NCBI GenBank assembly: GCA_030704615.1
Contig: CM060734.1
Location: forward strand, 29,140,001-29,204,000
Length of the DNA: 64,000 nucleotides
Direction of reading: 5' to 3'
Source of the DNA: Takakia lepidozioides
Lineage: Eukaryota > Plantae > Bryophyta
The translations under genes and the position numbers were made by a program. Below, in pieces: positions 35,529 through 46,629 of this stretch. Position 1 is the stretch's first letter; the number at the start of each line of letters is the position of its first letter. The notes beneath the pieces were generated by a model. That model was not told where the DNA came from and did no database searches. It worked only from the letters and a program-made list of their open reading frames with translations.

Positions 35529-38412
35529 GGGGATGCCTCCGCGTGAGCGCGGTCAAGCTCACGCCACGTCACCGGTTCTCGCCACATTGGCTCAAGGGTC
35601 CGACGCCACGTCAGCAGTCTTCGCCAGCGTGGTTGACGCCACGTCACGCCTCGCCATGTCATTTCCACGGGCGTACCTATGACCGCGGACAGAACAGGGA
35701 AAAAGGGGCCTATAGCCGCGGAATTGGTAGCCGTAGACAGTTTTTTTTTTTTTTTGCATTTGACATTCGGCATTTGGATGGATGTGATGATCGGTGCCGA
35801 TCATTACTTCTAGTTTTTTTTTTCTTTTTTTTTCTTTGCTTTTGATATTTTGCATTTGGGTGGATGTGATGATCGGTGCCGGCCATCACTTCTGTCGGTG
35901 CCGCCGATCTTTTTATTTTTATTTTTATTTTTTTTGGGACATTCGGCATTTGGGTGGATGTGATGGTCAGCACCGACCATCACTTCTGTCGGTGCCGCTG
36001 ATCATCACTTTCTGTTTTTTTTATATTTTTGTTCTTATTTAAATTTAAATTGGCTTTTGACATTCGGCATTTGGGCGGATGCGATGGTCGGTGCTGACCA
36101 TCACTTCTGCCAGTGCCGCCGATCATATATATATATATAATTTTATTTTTATTATTTTTGGACATTCGGCATTTGGGTGGATGCGATGGTCGGTGCCAAC
36201 AATCACTTCTGTCGATGCCGCCGATCATCACTTTCCGTTTTTTTTTTTTGTTTTTTTGTTTTTTGTTTTTCGACATTCGGCATTTGGGTGGATGTGATGA
36301 TCGGTGCCGACCATCACTTCAGTTACCGATCACCACTCTCCGTTGTTTTTTGTTTTTTTTTTTTTTTTTTTTTTTTTGGCTTTTGACATTCGGCATTTGG
36401 GTGGATGTGATGGTATCTGCCGACCATCACTTCTGTCAGTGCCGCCGATCTTTTTTTTTGGCTTTTGACATTCGGCATTTGGGCGGATGTGATGGTCGGT
36501 GCAGACCATCACTTCTGTCAATATCGCCAATCATCACTTTCTCTTTTATTTTTATTTATTTTTTGGCTTTTGACATTCGGCATTTGGGTGGATGTGATGG
36601 TCGGTGCCGACAATCACTTCTGTCGGTGCCACCGATCATCACTTTCCGATTATTTATTTATTTATTAAATAAATTTAAGGTGACTTTTGACATTTGGCAT
36701 TGGGGTGGATGCGATGGTCGGTGCCGACCATCACTTCTGTCGGTACTGCCGATCATCATTTCTGTTTTTTTTGTTTTTGTTGTATGCCCAGGGAATGCCA
36801 CTTGTTTCTAGAATTCCACATCTTGAAGGGGAGGAGAGATTCGGCTCTTGTAAGAGGAAATTGAACACCCCACCTGGCTCGGATTCCGATTCGCAAAGGG
36901 CAGACCGTGATAACTTCTCGAAGCCTCGTGTTCCCCTGCATGACATATCAATGTCCGGAACCTCCATTCTGGAAGAACCTCCGACACGACGGCAGGCTCT
37001 AGCATCAAACAGTGCCATTGAAAGTCCATACGGCTAACCAGAAGCCAAAAACCACAAGTTCTGGTTCTGCGCAGACGATTGTAGTAGATGTGTGCATGGA
37101 ACTGTATGTCCTTCCGTGGTGATGAAGCCAGCTTCTCCAACCGTTTGGCCCGTCAAGGTGGGAACACATCTCACGAGTCAGGAGATTGCAATGCAGGAGG
37201 AGGCAGACTTTTCCCTTGCGAGACAACCCCAACTGCATGCATGTGCTTCTACTTCTGCATCCTCTCGGGTCCCTCCGACAAATCCTCACTTGTGGCCAAC
37301 CAAACGAGATGGAAAGCTGGTTCGGCGTTTCCCTCCAACCGCTGAACACTTCGTCAAAGTGGAGTCCGCAAGAATGCTCCAAGCTCGTGTTGCAAGCACC
37401 ACGGAAGTGCCCAATCCAGGATATGGTCGGGTGTACACAATGATCACTTCGACATCTGTTGTTCATGACAGGGCCTACGACATCACGGTTTCCAATTTCC
37501 CCAATTGCACATGTCCCGATTTTGTGAATATGCTATCAACCAGTTTGGGCAAGAGAGGTAAATTCATACCCTACAAACATTTGTATTTCATATTTTTGAA
37601 GAGGATGGTTTGCGATCCCAAACGTGACAACTTCGTTCACCAGGCCACTCTGAGTTTCAACGAGGTCGATACTCTATTGCAGCGGGATACAACACATAGG
37701 TAGCATCTGCTATGCAATGTGGTATGTGGACGACCATGCTATGAAATGTGCAATTTGCAACATTGTCATGGAAATTCAATTCAAATCAAGTCGTTTGCAA
37801 CATCGTCGGCGGTGCAATGATATGACATCCCTTATCCCTCCATTATACTTCCAACTATACTGAGTGAGTCTGAGTGACAACTTTTAAAAGCACATGCATC
37901 ATTGCACATTTCGAAGTCTACATGTTTTCATGTCGCTATGCACTGCAATCATCTTTTGAAGATGATCATAACTCTCATTGTTATTTGGGGAGGCAGCAAG
38001 GTCTTCCCGTGGCAGCCTCTATGGCGCATACTTTGTGAGGATATTTTCTCGTCCTTGTAATTGTAAAAGTGAAACAAACATTTGTAATTGCACAATGTTG
38101 GATGCTACAATTGTAGGCCCCATGGTAGTCTTCATTGTATTCAGCCAAGGATTCCCTGCATTAATCCCATGGTCATAGGACCATCCTCGGTTATAGGCGG
38201 CGCATGTTCATGCTGACGTGATAGATGACGGCGCAGTGCCACATCAACATTTGTCGTCATATCAGCCTGCTGACATCATGCTCACGCCACGTCAACGTGG
38301 GTGCACGCTCACACCATGTCAGCTGGCGTGAGCATACACTCACGCCACGTCACTCCTGCGTGAGCGTACGCTCGCGCGTTCACGCGCAAGGCTCACGCCA
38401 TTGCGTCGTTGT
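35529..38412 (+). mobile_element. Internally deleted MULE-like DNA transposon with SWIM zinc-finger remnant
   Basis: TSD (C)TGATTTTG at 35520-35528 and 38413-38421 restores Copia ASKSGSWYVD. ORF 37092-37703 has CTCPDF...YKH and is homologous to 60227-60967. Subtermini are rich in GCCACGTCA. Confidence 0.85.
35762..36770. repeat. Array of ~10 hairpin-containing units separated by variable poly-T tracts
   Basis: Core GACATTCGGCATTTGGGTGGATGTGATGGTCGGTGCCGACCATCACTTCTG at ~35762, 35843, 35938, 36059, 36161, 36272, 36385, 36467, 36572, 36689. Confidence 0.92.
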
Positions 38413-38879
38413 CTGATTTTGAAGCTTCTGGACGTGAAACAAAAACATTCTCAAGTGTATGTGCTTGCCCCTTCTCTACGAACCTCTTTGGATGCGGGCA
38501 TTCTCATGCCCAATGGCCGGGCTCATGGCAATTGTTACAGTTGCCTCTCCGCTTGAACTTTTTCTACGGTTGTTGTTTTTTCTGTCCATATGACTCTTTG
38601 GGTTTCCCCTTCAGCTTCTGTACATAAAAAGTTTTTTCATCACTTGAAGATGTCCCTTCTGCATTCATCTTCATCTCCAACTCCTCATGCAGCAACCTCC
38701 CATTTACAAGTTCCAACGTCAGAGCATCTGTCCTAGTCTCTAGAGCAGTAATGAGGTTGTGATAGTTCTCTGGCAAGCTTAACAACAAAATCATTACTAA
38801 CATGCCATCACTCACTAACTCTCCCACTGCATCTAGCTGTAGTGACAATTCTCTAAGCTTATTGATGTGACTTGTCATG

Positions 38880-39178
38880 GCGTCTCATGACTGCATCTGT
38901 ATGTTCATCAGCTGTCTTAGAAGGTATAGTTTGTTTGCTGACCTTCCCTGGGCTTTGTCTGAGCCCCCTTGTTGCCTTGAGCACGTTAGGGGGTCTGTTG
39001 TTGTTGGCTAGGAACCCCACTTCTTTGTGTCTCCTTGCCAAACCCCAACATAACCACTCGCTCCTCCACCATGTTGAGCTCTATCCGCTCTGTTAACAAA
39101 AACACATTTGCTAGGGTGGGTTGGGCCACTTGTAGGAGAGTTGCATCCCGCACCTTTCTCCTCAGCTCCTTATCCAAT
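38880..39178 (-). mobile_element. gag fragment of the DNMT-carrying Gypsy family (third copy)
   Basis: DKELRRKVRDATLLQVAQPTLANVFLLTERIELNMVEERVV versus DKELKRRVRDATLLQAAQPTLADVFLLAERIELNMVEERVV at ~59400-59525. Confidence 0.85.
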
Positions 39179-39489
39179 AGTCTTTCTCTTTCTCGACATT
39201 CGCTAGGTTTTTCTTCGTAGCGTCGGCTCGTTCTTGCTCGGCATCAGAAGACAAACCAGAGAATTTGTCGTTGCTTCCAGATGCCATTCTTTGGGTGACG
39301 AATCTGGATCGTTCTTGAAAGACTTTGCAGAAAATTTTGGGTTGTACAATTTCCATAGAATTTGTTTGAAGCAACGTAATTACTACTTCCCAAACATATT
39401 ATCCTTGAAACAGTAGGAGTGCGTGCACCCAACCTGTACGGTGTAACGCGTGTAGGTACTATTCCGTCTTCCAGTTCACCTAATCCTCT

Positions 39490-40116
39490 CTCAATGATCT
39501 ACAAGTTGATCGTGAGGAGAGAGACAAGTGCACTTCCACAGGAGCAGTGCCTTCTAAATGGCCATACTTTTCGAACATGGAACAAATTTTTGCTACAAAT
39601 CCGAAAACAAGTGGTGTGCCAGGTGCTATTGACGATGGCGAGAGACTAAACACCAAGTGGACTATGCCATAAGCTTTCGAAGGGCATGTTGATGATAATG
39701 TTGTGCCAAACACTTCGAGGTACTGCACACAGGATGATGGAGGTAATCCGAGGTGCACACAGGATGATGGAATAAATATCGATGCAAATGTGGAATGCAT
39801 TAATTTGGAGGAGGCAAGTCCTGTCAATATTCCGACCACCCCTACCACCCCACGATCAGCAAGAGTTGCCCATGCCGGGGTGGTTGGTAAACCAAACAAC
39901 AAGACCAAAAAAAGAAGGCGGAGCTCCAGTGGCAGCCCCAATGCCGCAAAATCCCTTGCTGGTGCTATGGTCAAATTTGGTGAATTCTATCACAAAACAG
40001 AGGTGGAGAGGATGCGTCAAACTGCGGAAATGGAGAAATTCCGCCTTACCATGCAACTTGAAATGACAAAGGCTTTGGGTGGACAATCCTCTACACCTCC
40101 CGCTCCTCCTGAATAG
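39490..40116 (+). pseudogene. Harbinger Myb/SANT (trihelix-like) partner protein, frameshifted
   Basis: STGAVPSKWPYF...GVPGAIDDG, a basic KKRRR stretch and a C-terminal coiled coil KTEVERMRQTAEMEKFRL. Confidence 0.6.
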
Positions 40117-40833
40117 CCATAGGGCCTCCAAAGTAGTTTATTTGCTTGTGATTTAAAAGAGTGCATTGTTGCCTCTTCATTGTTCAACGGTCCTCACTAT
40201 TATGTGAAAGCAAATAAATGATTTCAATTTGCAACCACTTCTCTGTACAATCAGATCACACATTTGTACCAGAGTCGTTTAGAGTCATAATTATAATTCT
40301 TACAGTCCTTACAGTACTTATAGTCCTTATATTACTAGCAGTCCTTACAGTCATAGATGCAGAATCATTATGGTCCTTACAACCCTCCAATGTGTATGTT
40401 TAATTGGGTTGTGTATTCTCTTATGTTCATGCTTGAAGCCCTTTTGCTCTTATGTTTATGCTTGTAGTCCTCTTGCAATCATTAATCTTTATTATGCTCT
40501 TATGTCCTTATGCTCTTGTGTACCCTTATAGCCCGTCTTATGTTCATGCTTAATTATGCTTTCAGTCATTACAACACTTACAGCCTAGAGTTCAATTTAG
40601 AATTCATTACAATCCTCTTACATTAGAATATCCATGTTTACATGCTTACAATGATCATGTCTGTTCTTAGATTCCTCTTATGTACATGCTTACAATTATT
40701 ATAGACATGCCCTTGCAGTCCTCTTGCAATTCTATGTAACCACACCACATGAGATTGGCCATAATTGTGCACCAAATTTATTGCTGTGTGCATGTGCAAA
40801 TTTTGCACCATGCCTTGGTTACATTGGTTCATA

Positions 40834-41997
40834 TCATCTATTCTCTAACCATTGCTGGAACAATGCTTGTCGCATGGCAGTGCCTGCACGCTCCGCCCGT
40901 TTTTCCCCCATAACAATAGCAGGCGGAGGCACATTAGGATTGTTGTCATTGTTCAAAGGGTCATGTGGCAATTCTCCTCGCCACACCTCCCCATTATCGA
41001 TGCAAAAATTGTGCAATACGCAACATGCCACAATCGTTTGTGGTGCATATGGTATTGCAACGTTTAATTTCTGCAATATCCTCCACTTGTTTTTCAACAT
41101 GCCATAAGCATTCTCGATTTTAACCCTTCCTTTTCGTAGACATTTGTCATATGCATTCTGGTCACCTGTGCCAATGGCCCTTGTATGATGAGGTTTTTGA
41201 CACCACGTTCGAATTGGATATGCCGCATCCCCCACAAGAAAATGAGGCCATTCTGCGTCACCGGCTCTAAGGAGCGGTTCTTTTATGATTACTCCAGTTC
41301 TCAATTTTTGCCACAACGAACTGCATCTAAAATGTGTGGTATCATGCGTTCCACCCGGTCGATTCACACACACATCCAAAAAGCATCTGTTGTGGTCACA
41401 TACACCTTGCATCAATATAGAGAACCCGCCTTTATGACAAAAATAATCGGCGGGCACATACTTCACGTCTGGTTGTCGCCACAAAGGAATTTGGGATCCA
41501 TCAATTGCTCCCCACATATTACGAACTCCTGTTAAGTTCTCAAAACCTGCAATGATGTCCTCTAAATATTCTCTGGTAGGCAAAAATATGAATTGACGGT
41601 ACAAGTGTGTTGCAAGAACAACAGTAATAAGTTTTGTGTAATCAGTCACAGTTGATGGTCCTACACCCATAAGATTGGCCACTTTTCTCACTGGCAAGTT
41701 GTGTGCGAGTCTAATCAAAACAAGGGCTACTGCATGTTTAGGGTGAAGAGGGGTTCTCATGGTAGTGATTTGTTTTTCAATGAACGGTGTCAACAGGCTC
41801 ACCAATTTCAAGAAGTTGATATGAGTCATACGGTATTCTTTTTTCCACCGTGAATCGAGCATGCCATCTCCAAGCTTCTGGCCAAATTCGACAATGGATG
41901 GTCTCCCACAAAACATATTGTCTGGGTAGTTTCCACCAAGCTTTGTTGCATCTCCGTCTCTTCCAAAGTCTTGCAAGCCATGGCAGCAAATATACAA
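40834..41997 (-). CDS. Harbinger DDE transposase (DDE_Tnp_4/HARBI1-like)
   Basis: YRMTHINFLKL, GAIDGSQI, PGGTHD, LVGDAAYP, RVKIENAYGMLKNKWRIL, CCVLHNF. Confidence 0.93.
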   Translation of the reverse strand: MYICCHGLQDFGRDGDATKLGGNYPDNMFCGRPSIVEFGQKLGDGMLDSRWKKEYRMTHINFLKLVSLLTPFIEKQITTMRTPLHPKHAVALVLIRLAHNLPVRKVANLMGVGPSTVTDYTKLITVVLATHLYRQFIFLPTREYLEDIIAGFENLTGVRNMWGAIDGSQIPLWRQPDVKYVPADYFCHKGGFSILMQGVCDHNRCFLDVCVNRPGGTHDTTHFRCSSLWQKLRTGVIIKEPLLRAGDAEWPHFLVGDAAYPIRTWCQKPHHTRAIGTGDQNAYDKCLRKGRVKIENAYGMLKNKWRILQKLNVAIPYAPQTIVACCVLHNFCIDNGEVWRGELPHDPLNNDNNPNVPPPAIVMGEKRAERAGTAMRQALFQQWLENR

Positions 41998-43175
41998 AAT
42001 GTAAACAGAGTAAAAGAAGTAACCCCTCCAAGCTCATCCTCACCCACATCTGAGCCAAAGATTAACCAAAAAATCAAATAAATATGCATCATGTACACCT
42101 AGTACTAACTGTCATAAACAGCTTGTACACTTAGTACTCTCCAGTATAACTCTCATGAGCTTGTACTCCTAGTACTTGCATAACTCTCATAAGTGTATCA
42201 CATAGTACGAGCAGAGCTCTCACAAAAACAGAGGCAAAATCCCTTGCTTGGGCGTGGCTAAACTCAATGTTGCCTCACATGTGCATATCACGTGTGAACA
42301 TGTTGCACCGTCCCTCCCGTCCGTCCCCCTTCACGCGTGCGGAGGGCCCGCCACTATGGCTGGACGGGACGGACGGATTTACGTCGTGTGAACCTGCCTT
42401 CAATCAGCAATCCGACATGAACAAGTAGCTTCAATTGTCGTGCGCTGTCAAAAATGTCTGGCTTATATTGATCATCTGAACTCTGGTGCGCATACATGCA
42501 CTCAAATAAGCGACATCCTGCAATTGCATGTGAGGGTGGGATCATATCAGTTCTTCAGATTCCATTTTGAAATTGAGATCTATCATGTAGATAAGGGAAA
42601 AAAAGGGAAAGGGCACTTCATCAGTCGGTTATCCATTCAACTACCCAACTGTTCAAAACTGAGAGTTTCTATTTGTAGTTTTACTCTTTTGCCCCTCTTT
42701 CTTTTCTATATCGGAAGTCAAATATAAAGTTTGCAGATTTCTAGAGACTATTGCTCAACGCACAGCCCAGCAAGGGGCCAATGGACGGTTGAAGGCACAC
42801 GTTGAAGGATTGAACCCAGGATCACCAAGTAGTTTCACCAAGTTTCCAAACAAGGATTTTGTGTCTTCCTCAAAATGCAGTGTGTTTTGAGGTGCACGCC
42901 ACCATGGACATTGTGGAGTGTCCTGGGCCATCATCTTCCCTGCCCACACTGAACAAACCGACCAAAAAATTCTTCTCTAAGTTGTGCCTGCAGTTTGGAT
43001 TCACTAGCAGGAACCCAGTCACACTCAGGCTTGCCTTCTCTAAACTCACTGTGAGATACATTAGACAAAACTACTGCTGATCTCTTCCGAGTAGACTGCA
43101 TGTTTGAATTAGCCATCTCAAATAAGCCTCATGGAATAGCTTACGCCTCCATCCTACACTCATCTAACTCTGTGT

Positions 43176-46100
43176 TCACACCATCTGCAGCTTTAACACC
43201 GTACTTTTATGACAATCAAACTCCTGAGCATCGTTCGGACCATTCTCTCCTTCATCCTCCGACCTCCTTCCTTTCCAGCTGGTGCTCTCAGATTTTCCTT
43301 CTTCTCCACTGCTATCATCATGGTAGATGTCGCTGCTAATGCCCTGGGCCCCACCTGACAGTTGGTTCGTAATCTGCAAGGGTCCCTGCAGGATGGTCTA
43401 CCTGGTAAGCATACCGACTTTATCCAGACTAATCAATAATATGCATGCACTCAAAGGACCCAATCATTGACCCTAAAGGTTTCCTCATGAAAAGCAACAA
43501 ACCACAAGTCAATGGAAACTATGTTTCACTGAAGCAAATTGCATATTTAGAGTAAAACTCCAGACTTACATTTCAAGGGGGCCCATAAAAGAGGAAGATG
43601 AGACCACACAAAGTTCTTTACAATCTTGAAGGATATGCTAGTTCAAGTATAACCAAAATAAATCTAATAATTAAGTTCTAGTATTGACAATGACTCAAGT
43701 CAATCGATAATTGACAGTCGACGGCAATCTTGCAGTACATCACAAGCTTACTTGTGGGGAGCTCTGGGTCTGGGAGGCAGATTGTTGTGGTTCAAAGCAG
43801 GGAGGGTGGTGCATGTGGAGAGGACCTCCACTTTTCCCTTTGTTCACACCAGAGAAATACTCTTCAGGGAGAGAGGGTTGGCGATAGTGTGACTGTTGAG
43901 TGGGGGTGCTGGACGCGAAGTCATAAGGGCCCCCTGTAGATGGCTGAGTGGCTGCCACTGCAGCCTTCGCATACTGTGGTGGTACCCAAATCCCCCCTAG
44001 CACGACCAGCTGTGGTGTTAGCTGAGGTGCTCCTGTTTGTGGAGATAGGCTAAGTGGTCTTCGGGTGTGCAGCCGATATTTCTGCACAGCAGATAAGTCC
44101 ACTGCACATTGTTAGTCCTAATGAACAGCATAAGTGAACTGACATATAGAGAAGCCCTAAGTTGATTTGAAGTTGATACAGAAGAAAACAAAGTTATTGT
44201 CCTTGCATGGTGCCAGGTGTAGGAAACTGGGGCTGACAGAAACCTCTATGGTAACATCAGCAATTTGATATCTGTCACATGTGAGCATGGCCTAAATTGA
44301 GTGTTGGGACGGACTGTACTGTGGATGGAAGAAAGGAGTACCTGTAGATGGCTCTTGACTTCATCATTTGTAAGTCCATCAACCTTCATTAGTTCTCGAA
44401 TCTGCTTTGGTGTGGCAACTGAACAAAATAACACAGCAGTTCAATCATGATGCAGCAAAGGTATAGTACTACTAGCTAATTAATGTAGTCCACTCTGCAG
44501 AAGCATGGACAATACTATCCCCTCTGTGTGGATAAAACAACAACCACGAGGTTTCAAAGCTCTCCCACATAGCACCCCAGACTCGCACTTTTCTAGACAG
44601 GGAAATGATGCAGGCTGGAGGCTTGCAGCAATGATGAAGGTCACTTGCTTCTATTAGAGCATTGATTGTACCTTAAGTTTGCTTAACCCTTCTATAGCAT
44701 TCAGCTCCTTATAAATTAGGATTAAAACTGCCCCCTTACCTAACCGATACGATCCAAACAAGCTCACAGCATTGGAAGCCCTTCCAAACAGGAAAGATAA
44801 TGTAAGTGCATATTAAACTCCATCTGTAAATGGACCACTTGAAGGGACAAACACTTTGAAGGCAAAGAAAGGTTAACAACCTTGGGAGCCGCCAAGCTGC
44901 TGGAGAGCACTTACAAACCGGCCGTGAAGCTCAGGTGACCAACACCTGCATGAGAACATTACAATAACAACAATTTCTGAAAGTCAGGTGCAAGTGCACA
45001 GAGGGATTTATTTTTGAGTGGGAGGTCATCACACTAGGCACTACTTGGTCGGCCAGGTTCTAAAAAATGTTCACAAACTGGTGGGAGGACCCCGACTCTG
45101 ACAGCAAGCCTAGTTGTCCACATCACCTTACACTAAGTCAAAGCGTGCACCATCTTCACAAAGTTCTGAAGTCAGAAGACAATACCTTCGCGATTTGCGC
45201 TGTGATTGACTACAATTGGTACTCATTGCCCCAGACACTCCATTTGACGTTGGCCCCATATCCTTGCAGCCTAGTGCATCCAGCTCTTGTTCTGGTGTCC
45301 GTAAGTTTATGTCAATGCTTCCAACCTCTGATTCAGCTGCGCCAAAGACATGACCATTGGGGCTAGATACCCGTTCCACAGACAAGAGGCCACAGTCAGC
45401 CCCAGTACTCCCCATACCACCTGCAGGCTGTGCCATAAGGGGTGCAGTGGCTAGTGGCTCTCTTATGAATGGTTGGAAAGCCCCCACTGGTCGATGCCGT
45501 GGCCTTAGGAGAAGTTGTGAGGTAGTGATCGAGCTCTGTTCCTGCTCCGGTTGTGCAAGATCCGACAGTCTACGGACATCTTCCCGTGATGATTCCTTCT
45601 GTTTGGTCAAGCAACGAGGAGTCACAACCGAGAACATCTCTTCACAATATTTCCCACTTAGACCTACCTGACCATACATCTCTGCAAGTGAAACTCTGCC
45701 AAATTGCATACTTGCAGGGCGATGCTCAATAGTACTCCAAACGCTGTCGCTAGGCACATATGCAACTGACTGCAAATGATACATGACATATTCATGGCAC
45801 CCTACTAGTAGACAAGCTTAGCTTTTTGTATGAGGATCTTACACACCTTGTTTGAGAGGTCCGATTGTTTGGACTGTTGGGTCCAGAGTTGAGCTTCTGC
45901 GATCCAGGAAGGTCGTCCTTCATCAACCCCACTTTGGGCAGGCTGTTCCATTGGTTGATCTCCTTCATCATCGCCCACGTCTTCTCTATGGTGTCTTTCC
46001 CACCTCCTCTTCAAAGGCAAGAACTCCTCCAGCATCGGTCTCCCGTTTGGGCTCTCGGTATCACTCTCTCTCTCCTCCAAAGAATTGCAATGAAGCTGAA

Positions 46101-46629
46101 GGTGTTGTAATGCTGTGGGAGAGCTTGGCTGACAGTCTACAAGCTGCTCCTTGGACTTCTTAATGGCTGTGCAAAACAAGTTATAAAGTATTAGTTGCGG
46201 TGCCATAACTCGTCACTGAGATCATAATGGATACATTTGACCATACGGCATATGGTATAGAAACCAAGCTATGGCGAACCATTGAGATGCTCATGGTAAA
46301 GAGTAAAATTGGGCACTTCTCTCTCTCTATCTCCTTCTCTGTCCCCACAATACATCGTGCAAACTCCAGGGACAATCAATCCTTCTCAAAAATAGGGAGA
46401 TCTTCAACCCACCATCATCAAGTAGCTGCATGCAAAGGGGAAGCTCTCGCTTAAACGCTTCAATCTTGTGCCGTTCATCCTCAATTGCTCGTAAGTACTC
46501 CTCTACCTTTTGCATGTGCTCTAACAGGTTTCCCACAAAGGGTGGGCCAGTTTTGCACACGGTGGTTGTGGGTGAATTACTCCTAGGCACTTCAGTGTGG
46601 CCTAAGGTGAGGTCAGATGGTGAACCCAT
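43176..46629 (-). CDS. GARP G2-like MYB transcription factor of the HHO/NIGT1/HRS1 group (about 7 exons)
   Basis: N-terminal [47 protein letters not shown] domain RKSRR|[21 protein letters not shown]|[26 protein letters not shown]|KYRLH; [13 protein letters not shown]. Splice phase checked at the RKSRR|CWSPE junction; other exon borders approximate. Confidence 0.93.

Larger units (their letters stand above)
30880..38878 (-). mobile_element. Ty1/Copia LTR retrotransposon, 5'-truncated, with two nested insertions
   Basis: gag 38430-38878 (LLSLPENY, CNNCHEPGHWA*EC), protease WYVDSGASQHM (~35515), LWHKRMGH, integrase LVHSDICGP/LRSDNGGEY, RT TRPDIA, RNaseH ARTKHVDIQHHFVRD (31254-31607), PPT AAAGTGGGAG then 3' LTR from TGTTAG at 31235 down to ~30880. 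Confidence 0.93.
39200..42398. mobile_element. PIF/Harbinger DNA transposon (transposase plus convergent Myb/trihelix-like partner); left end not found
   Basis: Two convergent ORFs typical of Harbinger, and a TIR-like end GTGTGAACCTGCC at 42386-42398. Confidence 0.8.

Noticed and set aside
35762-36770. CRISPR-like look (palindromic repeats with variable spacers)
   Set aside because: Spacers are low-complexity poly-T of uneven length, there are no cas genes, and the array is inside a eukaryotic transposon.
35504-36811. Many overlapping Phe- or Lys-rich ORFs in the ORF track
   Set aside because: Artefacts of the stop-poor tandem array and poly-T tracts.
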